Source: Schmidtea polychroa (taxonomy: Eukaryota). From it: a stretch of DNA of 64,000 nt. Each line of letters begins with the position of its first letter. Positions within the stretch are counted from its first letter, which is position 1. Below, piece after piece: positions 49,988 through 62,300 of the stretch. The stretch is taken from the NCBI GenBank assembly GCA_044892525.1, contig CM097885.1:226486001-226550000 (forward strand). Reading direction: 5' to 3'. A program made the translations under genes and the position numbers. The notes below the pieces were generated by a model. It searched no databases. It saw only the letters and a program-made list of their open reading frames with translations, and was not told the origin of the DNA.

Positions 49988-52900
49988 CAGCGTTGCCAAC
50001 CGTACTATAATTATAGTATTTGTACCATAATTTGTATCTTGTGTACTATGTACTATTGGAAGTTCTAATTGTACTATAATTTTAACAAATTTATCTAAAA
50101 CATTTTTTCACTACGATATTTTAATTTTCTGAAAACAATTAATCAGAATTTTTCTAAAAAAAACTTTAATCAATATTAATTTTTTACAAAACGTATTTCG
50201 GTATGAATAATGAATATGAGCAGATGGTAAAAATTGACATCTGATTTGTTTTGTTGGATTGAAATTCAAAGTTCATGTGTTTTTCTAAACATAGTACGTT
50301 TTTTAAATATTAAGTTTTTAAAATGTTTTCTAACTTATTTTTTTAATATTTTAGAAACCGTAACGTAACTATGGATATTAGTAGCAATAGTGACGACAGC
50401 AGCAGCAACGCATGTATTGCTTTAAATATAAAGCAAAATCATAAAAAGATTTTAAATAAGAAGAGAGTGCAAAAATATAGAAAAGCTTGGGAAAAAGATG
50501 AACGCTTCAAAGGATGGCTAACCCATGATGATGAATCAACAACCAGAGGTAGATGTAGAATATGTAATATTGGTTTTTTGGCTGAGCTACATGTAATTAA
50601 AAGTCATAGTGAAGGAAAAAAACATAAATATTGCATGAGAGGTGAGCGTCAAACTAATTATACAAAAATAACTAACTTTATAAACAAAGATTGTATAGAG
50701 CTAAAGTCACAAATTTCTTTAGCAGAAATAAAAGTTTGTGCATTTTTAGCAGAGCATAACATTGCTTTTAGTGCTGTAGATCATTTAACAAATCTATTAA
50801 AAAATATTTTTCCGGATTCCAAAATAGCGCAAGGTATTAAACTTGGTCGGACAAAAGCAACAGCCATTATACGGGAAGTAGTTCCACCTGCCCATAAACA
50901 GGAACTATCTAAAATATTAAAATCAACTAAATTCAGTATTTTAACTGATGAATCCCCAGATATTAGCTGTGAAAAAACTGCATGTTTAGTAGTAAGATAT
51001 TTTGATGCAAAACAAAATAAAATTCAAAGTAGTTTATGGGAGTTGGTCAAAATATATAAAGACGCTGAATCCGCAGCTACAGCAGAACATTTATTTAATA
51101 ATATTATGTCATCACTGCAAGAAAAAAATATACCAATATGCAATATAATAGGATTTGGTTCTGACGGATGTAACGTGATGATGGGTGAACACAATTCTGT
51201 TGCTTCTAGATTTATAGCTGCTTGTCCAGGTATTAAAATTATGAAATGTATTTGCCACTCAGCCCATATTTGTGCAAGTGCTGCATGTAAAATGCTACCA
51301 AGAAGATGTGAAGATTTAGGTCGTAATATTTATAATTTCTTTAACTGTAGTGCGAAAAGACAAAATGAGTTCAAAGAGTTTCAAGTATTTTTTAATTTGA
51401 ACATTCATAAAATGCTACGACCATCGCAAACTAGATGGTTATCATTAAAAGCATTAGTTGATAGAATTATTGAACAATGGGACGCACTACAATTATATTT
51501 TAATGGAATTTGGTTAGGAGATCGAGTAATAGCCACTGAGCAAATTTTTCGTGACTTAAATGATCCGTTCATGAAGCTATATTTTTATTTTTTAAGTTGG
51601 ATTTTGCCAAAATTTGTTAATTTTAATAAGTACTTTCAGACTGAGCAAGTGATATTAACAAACTTGTTCGAAAAACTTTCTGAAATGTACAGAGATATGC
51701 TGCTTTGCTTTATGCAACGCCAATATGTCATGATAACCCCACTAAATGACATAAATCCTTCAGATAGGTCGAAGTATATTAATATAAAAAATATTTATTT
51801 AGGTGTTGTCGTACTTCAAGAAATTCAAAAAAATAATGATATTAAAAACAATCATGAACTTTTGTCAGATTTTTTCGAGAGATGCGTGCGTTTTATGGAA
51901 GTTTCCTGTATTGAAATTAAAAAACGTTTTGATTTCAGTGACAACAATAATTTGAAACTATTGATAGCATTGAATCAAGAAAATGCTCTTTCTGATAAAT
52001 ATAGAGAAACTTTTCCAAGTATGATACCAATATTAATAGCTTTTGAACGAGTTTTGGACAATAACCTAACGAAAAAACAAGAAATTGATAATGAGTGGCG
52101 ATTACTACCTATTTCATTTCCATCTTTACCAGAAAATATTACAACAGAAAAGCAAATTGATAAATTTTGGGCGAAACTGATGACATATGAAGTTTTGAAT
52201 GAATTTCCATTCCAAAACCTATCCAGTTGTGTATTAAATATTTTATGTATTCCGCATGCGAATGCTGAATGTGAGCGAATTTTTAGTAAAGTTAATTTAA
52301 TAAAAACTAAAATACGAAATAAATTAAATGTCGAAACAGTTAACGCCACTTTATTAACATCTCAAAAAGTAAGCCAGGAAGGTGGATGCGTGACATTTAT
52401 GCCAACAAAAGAAATGATAAACCAAAATAATCAAAATATTTATAAATTTAAAAAAACAGATCAAGATTGTGATGTTGAATTTGACATTTAAGAGGTTGTT
52501 ATACCCTTTCCCAAAAAATGCTTTCCGAAAAATAACAATTTTTCTTTTTATTTATAATTCAGTATTTTAAAATATTTTAGCATAAACTTATCAGAAAAAA
52601 AGTAAATTTGATTTTTTTCTTATAATTTTGAATTATAGATTTTTGTATTAATTAAAAATGAATAATTTGATAAATCCTGCATCATCTGTTATGCTTTGAT
52701 GCTAAAATATTTTAAAATACTGAATTATAAATAAAAAGAAAAATTGTTATTTTTCGGAAAGCATTTTTTGGGAAAGGGTATGACTGACGCTTAAATCAAA
52801 ATAGAATTATGCTATATGTAACTATAAATATATAATAAGTATTATTACATATAAATTTATTACTTAATTATCATATGAATTTGTTTGCTATTGTTTTTAT

Positions 52901-53089
52901 GTATATTTTTTAATGGGTCCTGAAGAAAAACCAAATATTTTAATTTTTGTTAATTTAATTTTAATAAAAAGTTTATAATAGAAAAGCATTTTTTTGTAGT
53001 TTTTTAAATATGTACTATAATTTTTTTGAAAATACTATAATTTTGTCCATATTGTACTATAATGACATCTTCAAAAGTTGGCAACCCTG
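49988..53089 (+). mobile_element. Full-length hAT transposon with an intact 706-aa transposase (ZNF862/DUF4371-like)
   Basis: TIRs CAGCGTTGCCAAC / GTTGGCAACCCTG; perfect 8-bp TSD CGTGTTAA (49980-49987, 53090-53097). ORF 50371-52491 has a C2H2-type zinc finger, ILTDES, GSDG, CICH, RWLS, ECERIFS; subterminal TGTACTATAA repeats. Confidence 0.97.
52492..52790. mobile_element. TTAA-flanked foldback MITE (Kolobok-like) nested in the hAT 3' region
   Basis: Perfect 83-bp inverted repeat (52501-52583 / 52699-52781); TTAA at 52488-52491 and 52791-52794. Confidence 0.8.
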
Positions 53090-53710
53090 CGTGTTAATCA
53101 TATTTGTTTTTTTCCAAATTTTCATGTTTTTGAAATGTGTGTAGATATTTTTATAAGAAATACATATATTTTCGTAATTTGACCTTTAAATTTAAAACTT
53201 TTAGTTTTATATATGATAAAAATCGTTGCAAAACCTTTGAAATTCAAATTTATTTTTAATTCGCTAAAAATTTCTTTCAAAAAACTTTAGAATCATTTTG
53301 AAGAAATTTAATAATTCATAATTATAGGATTGCCACTTCTCCCTGAATTTGGCCTGCTTAAACGCGAACATTCCAGCTGCCGACAAGAGTTGATAAGTTA
53401 TAATTTTTTTTGTAAAATTGGGTAAAAATTTTTTCTGGAGTCTTCCTTCATTTTTAAATGCTTGAGAAATACCCCAAGGTAAAATTATTTTAGGTAAACG
53501 CATTATATTTAATTTCTTAGTCTTTCAGAATTTCAATCTAATTTTACTGTTCGAAATTCTACAAAAAAATTTGTTGGAGTAGCAACATTGACATTTTTGT
53601 CAAGAAATTAAAACTGACTGAACTAATTAGTATTTAAAATATTTAAATTAATTAATTTACGATACAAGTATATAATTTAGGAACAATTAAGTTATAATCA
53701 TAATACTTAC

Positions 53711-56700
53711 TAGACCTCCTTTTGCGATTATTTGCTTTTCGAAATATTTTACGAAGTATCGTCTTATGTAATCTAAAATTTTGTTTATTTTTTCATCACT
53801 TTCATGTCGGGAATTTAAGAAATCGACTAAAGATTTTGCATAAAGGTAAAGCATTGATAAACTGGCATTAGTGCACTTCGTTCCAATTTTATCTCGAAGA
53901 AATTGCTTAAAACCTCGGAAGTTTTGAGTGTAAAATAAATATTCTAAATCTGTTGTAGTGATTTGATTCTAAAATAATTAATGGCCATTATTTCAGATAT
54001 TTTTGTCATTAAAATTTAAAATTTGTTTTGCACTTTTGGAGTATTAGATAAAATTTATGATTGATAGTTAAAAATGAAAACACATGGATTTCCAAATATT
54101 GCAGAAACTAACTCTTAATTCACTGGTTCCCACACTTTTTACATTGAGGGCCAAATCTAATTTTTCAAGTATCGTAGCGAATCACACGCACGTTGAAAAG
54201 TGGAAACACTTTGTGTGTGCTTCAATGTTTAAACTACACGAGTACAACCTACTAGACTTAAACATGTTAGGCCAGGGGTCCGCAACCTTTTAGATATGGT
54301 GTGCCAAGCCACTGCCAATTAATTCAGGGTGCCACCTTATTTCTTTTTACAAATAAGTAATGGTATATGTCTGTCACATTAAGTAATACAGTTCTTTATG
54401 AAAATAATTTGATCTCAAAATTATTTTTTAAATATATTTAATTGAAAAACAAACAACATAAAATCCCATTGATAACTCGACCTCGTGCCAAATTTGTCAC
54501 GCATGCCATAGGTTGCCGACCCCTGTGCTAGGTCATCATAGTGCAAAAAGAAAATTTAGAGCTTATAGAAATTAGTTCGTGCATTTTTAAAATGTAACAT
54601 TGTAATTGTAAATGTAAAATCTAATCTAAAACGATGAAAATTCAAGAGTATAATTTTCAACTTTAAATGCAAGAATTCGACCTATGCATTAAAAATTATT
54701 ATCTAAATTAGTTTTATATTTATTATTTTAATCAATTTAATGTTTGAAAACTGTTTATTAAAGTCTTATCAGCTTTAATTAATGCTGTTTATGTAACTGC
54801 AAATTGGAAGCCATTTTACCAATGTCTGGATGGAGGTTTGTTGTGGGAAGTATCATCAATCCATTCAAATTTAAATCAGTGAGGTGAGCTCGATTTTTGT
54901 TCTTTACCAGTTTCATAGCTAAAAATGATTGCTCACATCTGTAAATGCACCAAAAATGGTATATATAATATAATTAATATTAATATAATTAATTAATATA
55001 ATTAATTAATATATAATAAATAAAACCATATTATATTTACATGAATTTTTGTTAAATTTTTAATAACTAAAATAATATTTGACCCGAAGGTTGATATTTT
55101 CAAAAAATAAATAGTAAAAATTTAGATGACAGGATCAAACGAAAACTTAGGGAAAGTTCCAACCTCTTATTCCGTGAATTTACTGGAAAGACATACATTT
55201 TTATCCTTGGTCGTGATGGAAAATCAATCTGTTTGATTAGCGGATTTTGTGTATCTGTTGATGTACTCCTGGGTGCTTTCGAATCCAGATTTTCCCAGTT
55301 TGTTGTTGTATGATTATTATTTTATAATTTAAGGAAAAACAAATTGTGGGTCACTTGAATTCGTTGCGTGAGTCAGTGTCTGACTCGTGGGTAATATGTT
55401 CGCTGTCGCTGGACTAGATCAAGTGTAGAATCAACTAGCATGGAAAGAAAATTGGGATTCTTTAATTCTTCTAACATTGTATTCCCTATATGGGTTACAA
55501 ATAAAGTAATAAATTCATCAAAAATAGTGAAAAATAAATACAGTACGTTTCCTTTTCCCAAGTTTATATAATTGTTATATTATTTAGTATAAAAGGATGA
55601 AATGCTAAATACATGATAATGGAAATAATGCGTATCAAAATTTATATTACAAAGGAATTCTGGAAATTAAATTATTTTCCTAATGCTTCTATGTGCGCTT
55701 GTAAAGGAAGCGCCGTGCTTTCTGATAACACGGTTTTTTTAATATCTTTAATAAAATCAAAAATGGACATAAAAATCTTATCAGTCATCATTTCTGAATT
55801 CACTGATATTTCAGGAGTCAAATAAATACTTATCCCGTTGGAAGTTATGGATGCATAAACAATTTCGAACAAGATTCTATCTTTATTGAGGCAATTTAGT
55901 GTGAATTTGTAGAAACTGATAATTCAATGATATGATGTCATTTATGTGATGGCAGTAGCAATTAATGTATGCAAGAGATCACTCAAGAACAATATTCTAT
56001 AACATGTTTAGAAAGTGTAAATGTAAAATTCAACACTAAATAAGGAAACTACTATTAACTACAAAAACCATTTGGTTATATTTCAAATCCAAATACAAAT
56101 CTGCACACAAAGTAATTTGAAAAATCAAACCCCAAAAAATAATTTTATTCAAAATTAAAAATATTTGAAAAACTGAAAACTGGAAATCAAATTTCTTTCT
56201 ATTAAAACATTTTTTAATTCCCCAATCAAAATCTGTGTAATGAGAAATGAGAAAACAATTTTTTTTTTAATAAATTAAGACAAAATAAGTTGATGTCGTA
56301 TGAAGAATAACAAAAAATATTTTTTAAATCTTAAATATTTATTAAAAAGTTTGAAGACTATGAATCAGTAAATATATCGATCTTTTTTTGATATATTTAC
56401 TGATTCATAGTCAAGCTTTTTAATAAATACAATGGAAAAAAAATCAGTAGGGAAATTGGAAAAAAAGTTCTTATAATAAATCTTAAATGACGAAAAAAAA
56501 TTCATACTGAACGGTGTTTTTGAATTATTCCTATTTCGGTATCTATAAATTCATGTAGACATGTTTCGTCAATTGAATTTATTTGATCTTCATTTTTACC
56601 ATTCGTTTTGTTTTTAATGCAACTTTTTAGATGCAGTCTTGACCCAAAATCGTCTAAAAGTTCCAAACATTTGTGATTTTTAAAATCTTTATCAAAAGTA

Positions 56701-59299
56701 GACTGAAATGCACATGCCATAGCCTCAATTCTGATGTTTTCACAATTACATTGCTGAAATAAAATACCAAATAAATAAAAATGAATAAAATTTTAATTAT
56801 AGCTCTTATAAGAATACTAAATTAGTAGATGGATTAGTCCTCGCTGGCAGAGTACCCTCCTCCTGCTGAAGCAAAATTATTAAGCTAAAAATATTTTTGT
56901 ATTTCACGTCAAATTAATCATATTTTAAGTAGGTCAAATTCTCGTAAAACACATAGTACCCACTGTCACAATATATAAAATAAAATTTTTAATAAATTTA
57001 AGTAGGTCAAATCATCTTAAAAACCTAGTTCCTTCTGTATAATATATAAAATAAAATAAATTTTAATAAATATGTAGGTCATATAGATTTTATAAATAAA
57101 TAAAAATCATCTTTAAAAGATAATTTCTTCCGGCACAATATATATTGACAGTATGCAATTTGTTAATTGTTCTTTAAAACTCTTTCAAACTTTCCTTTAA
57201 CTTCATCTGTTTTTGAGGGGTCATTAATAAATTTCAAAGGCATTTTTCCTTATAATTTTGTGACTTCTTTGGATGTTCTTGAGTCTACTTTGGAATTGTC
57301 TCCTATTTGGTTTGATGTTACTGAAGATGAGTATGCTAAGGTTCAACTAATTTGGACTCATCAAAACTGAGTATTCCTCTTTGCGGATTATTTTCAACAA
57401 TTCCGTACAAAGGCCATAGCATACAATGGCCTTCAGCCTCTAAATTTCTATGACATTGCAGGTATGTTATGGGCATCTGCGCTTACTACATTAATGGAAC
57501 CTATAGAACTTTTGCAGGACATGGAAATGTATAATTTCTATGAGGGAGGAATACGGGGTGGGTTAATATTTGATAACAAACATTATGTGGCTGCTTCCTA
57601 TGATTGGGTTCTTAGCCAAAATCTTCAGTATGGTGATTTTTTTTGGATACATGATAATTTGAATGATGTGTTGAATGAATGTTTTAATGGGGATATTGAA
57701 ATCTTTCCATATGGATATACTATGGAAGTTAATATTGATATTCCGGAATGTTTGCATGATATTTTGAATAATTTTCTGCTTGTTCCTGAAAAGATGTGCC
57801 CATCAAATTCAAAAGTAGAGAAGATAATGCTCACGCATTGGCCCAAGAAGAACCATGTTCTTGATTGGAGGTTTCTCAAACTTTAACTGTCACTTGGGGC
57901 GGTAGTAAATATTTATAGGGCAATTAAATTCAAGAAAGCACCTATATTTAAAACATATATCGACAAAAATACATGATTAAGAGCAGAATCAACTAATTAA
58001 TTATATAGGGATTTGTTTAAACTATATAATAATAGTCTGTATGGTAAATCCGTAGAGAATCTGAAAAAACGGATGAATTTGAGGCTATACAATTCAGCTG
58101 AAAAGATAACTGTATATGCTTCAAAACCGACTTTCATAAAATCTATCAGAATTGCTGCTATCTGAATAAAGACTATATGTTTTGATAGACCTAGTTACAT
58201 TGGACAATCTGTGCTAAATCTGTATAAATTGCGGGAATACCAGCTCCAATATAATGAATTGCAGAAATACAGACGACAATTTAATTGCACTATCAATATA
58301 GTAGCCGGTGATACTGACAGTTTCTTCTTAGAAATAAAAAATTTGAAATTAGATATATTACTATCAGCGATGATTTCCGATAATTTATTAGACACTTCAA
58401 ATTACGATCCTTTTCACCCATTATATTCGACGAACCTTGACTCTGCCATCGGAAAGTTCAAAGATGAGAGTAAGGGATTAGGATACGATGAATGGGTTTT
58501 CTTACGCCCGAAGTGTCATAGTCTTTTAGGAAGTAAATTGTATGAAATCTAATAAGATAAAACTACTGGGAACAGTAATAAACAATCAATCATATCTAGA
58601 TTGCTATAATAATAATCAGATTATTTCTGTACCGCAATCTAGAATAGAAATTCGGAATCACCAGCTTTTCACATTTAAAAATACAAAAATAGCATTATCA
58701 AATAATAATGATAAGCGCCTGGGTAGGAAAAAATACAAGTTTTACATTTGGGCACTATTTAGGGGTTGATGCCATTGACGAGGACCAAATATTGGACGAA
58801 TTTGGCCCAGAATCGGAAGGCGCAAGCCTAAGTTTCGATGATAGTTCCTAGAATGAAGAAAGCCCGGCAATGTACAGTTTTAGTCAGGAGTTTTGATATT
58901 TAATAAATAGTGTAAAGAACCCAAAAAATGACTTTGAATATGTTGATTTTTATTTGTGAATTATTGAAACATGTTACTATTATTTCAAAGTTTAAATACT
59001 TTTTTATTCAGTGACTTTTATTGATATTTTAAGGAATTTGTAAAAACATTTTCTAGGTTTAAATGCTTTTGTAGTATTTAAAAAGATAATNNNNNNNNNN
59101 NNNNNNNNNNNNNNNNNNNNNNNNNNNNNNNNNNNNNNNNNNNNNNNNNNNNNNNNNNNNNNNNNNNNNNNNNNNNNNNNNNNNNNNNNNNNNNNNNNNN
59201 NNNNNNNNNNNNNNNNNNNNNNNNNNNNNNNNNNNNNNNNNNNNNNNNNNNNNNNNNNNNNNNNNNNNNAACATGTTGATTAAGAGTATACCTGCGTGG

Positions 59300-59343
<44 letters not shown>

Positions 59344-62300
59344 TTGACCGTCCTTAAAACCCTTAAAAATGACCCTTACAACACCCTTGCAATACCTTGG
59401 ATCATCAGAATAGAAATTCGGTTGCTCGGAGAAAATCCCTTCGAAATGAGTCATTTTTCGCCGAAATACTGTGTCAGGAACACTCAATATAAAACCGACA
59501 ATATTTAAATAAAATATGTTATTCATTGATTTGGAATATTTTTACGAGGATTTGACCTACTTAAATATGATTAATTTGACGTAAAATACATTAAAGATCT
59601 CCTTGAAAAACTGAGAAATTCTTTAAAAAACAGAAAAATTTCAATGAAAAACATAAAAAATATGTGAAAAACTTAAAAATTCCGTGACCCACATAAAAAT
59701 TTAGTGACTTACATAAATATACTAGTTGACCTACTTTAAAATACTAAGCAAAATTTTTTTTCGCTTAATCAATTTTTCTTCAGTAGGGGGGGGGGGGGTT
59801 ACTGTGCCAGAGGGGACCAATCCATTTATTTTGATTTTATAAAAAAAATAATTCCTTAAACATAAGTAGTTTCATCATTTTCTTTTTCTGTTTCGTAAAG
59901 AAGCAAAATTTCAACGTTTATAAGATCGGTTTAAAAATTCCTTAGTAAGACTAACTTCCAAGATTTATTTCATCAAAAGGTACAATGATTGCGGCAACAT
60001 GCAACTAGTATAAAAACGCAGCTTCCTTTATTTTCTTTCTCCTCTCTAGCCTCTTACAAAAAAATTTATTTAATTACAATCCAATAAAATTGATTTCAAT
60101 TAAAAATTAAAATGTTTAAGTCATTACTAGAATAAATAACCTGACACTTTGTAAAGTCCGTGGTGAAAATTTGTGTTAAATATGTCAAATATTTGCGCGT
60201 ATATTATACTATTTAATAAATAAATAAACAATATGTATTGATAAGATTTATTTCTAAGTGTTATTAATATTATAAATTAAGCTATGTACACCCAAAAATG
60301 TCGCTGTTAGTCTAAGTAAGAAATCGGTTATTCAGACCTTTCTCAGCTATTTCCAATTATTCATGCTAGGCTTAAAATACACCTATAGCCCTATATAAGT
60401 GATTGAAGAAAGATTATGGAATCCCTAAAGTTTGGCGTCATTGAGTAGAAACCCAGAAGAATAGGTTTACTCAATTTAACTACTTCAATTTAACCAATTA
60501 TAAAGAAGAGATAAGATAACACCGAAAGTGGAATTCTACTATCTCTTTTTGATAAAAAATATTAAAACTTAGAAGTTCTTATTTTTTTTCTTGCTTCAAT
60601 AAATTTTAATGATCTAAGAGAAATAAATTAAAATTTCTTTTATATGTTTAACAAAGCTCGAAATCGATAGCGATTATGATATTATTAATTTTTATTGTGA
60701 AATGCACTAGTATTGATAAGTACATATTTCATATTTGATATGCCTGGTCAGGCGAATTAATTATCCAACTTTGTTTCTAGCTCTCGTGTTCCCTTTCTCA
60801 AATATTCATTTTATAATATTATCCGAATGTCTGTTAAGAAATTTCAAATACCTTGACGTGCATCTAGCTTGATTAATTGGTTTGAAAACAGAATAATTGC
60901 ACCCAGGAACCACACCACTATATCTTAAGGTCTGTTATTTCTTTTAATACTAATTTTCCGGATTTTGTACTTTTTATATATATTTAAACGATTTAAAAAT
61001 TTTTTATTTTACTAGATTATTTGAAAAACAATTTGTACAAATTAATTATCACTTAAAATTAAATTCATAGCAATCAATTTTTTAACTTTCGTTAATGAAC
61101 TTTGTAGAAAGCGGAAAGATTTTTCTAATGAATAAAGCACATTGGAACCTAGGTGTCAAGAATTTAAATAAACTAGAATTTTTATTTTCCGAAAAATTAA
61201 CAAATTTATTCAGGTTTACCTTCAAATTATTCGTCATAGCTAGGAAACTTTGAGCAACTTCAAAACCAGGACTTTTCTTAAAATATATAAAATTAATTTT
61301 GAAAGCATATTTATTTCAAATTAACTATATTAAATGTAATTTTCATGTATATATAAAATAAACTTTAATAATTATTTTCATACATATGGAAATATTTTAT
61401 TTTATATTATTTTTTATAATAAATATTATAATTAACAAATAAATGGTTAAAATAAAGAGTTAAAGTTAATTTGAAAATTTAATGTTAATATATCTTTTAG
61501 CTTTTAAAGATTGCGATGAAAAATTACAAATATAGTCATAAGGATTTTTTTATTATATAGCTTCACCACTATATTGTGAACATAATCACCAAGAAAACAC
61601 ATATCGCCGAGGAGGCCAATAAGTCACAAAGTGAGATAAACTTTTGGTAAAAAATCACATTGGTGATATGTTCGTAGGAACATAAATGTAAACAAATATT
61701 AGAATAGTAAAAATAAATTCAATATAAATTAATTAAATTTTATTTGTGAGATATTATGGGGTCATTGTAAAATATAATTTAATTTTATGCGTCACTAAAG
61801 GGTTTGAACACAAATAATCCAATTACATATTCAAAAGTCGCGGTTTGAAAAACTAAACTAACCCATTAGGTACCCCTCGCGTCACATAATTGAACAAAAT
61901 TAAGAGTCTATAATTGCTCGCTGGTGTGTCTTTCCAGAGAAAAATTTGGAGAATATATGACGACTGTGTCCATTAAGAACTGTTAATAATTGAAGTCTAA
62001 TTGCTTAAAGATATATTCAAAAACAAATTGATTGCCTAAAACTGGTATTATTTAAACAACCGATTTAAATGGCGAATTAATTAATTTAATAATAATGATA
62101 AATATGCGTGCCACCATTTATACTTATTATACTTTTACTATGTAATAATATATGATACTTATAATACAATATATATATTTTTTATAAATTAGTTATTTAA
62201 ATATCCCTAACAAGGACCATAAAGATGCGAAAATTGAAATTTGTCAAAATATTAACTACTGAAATTTATTTATATAATTTAAATGTTAGAAAAACAAAAA

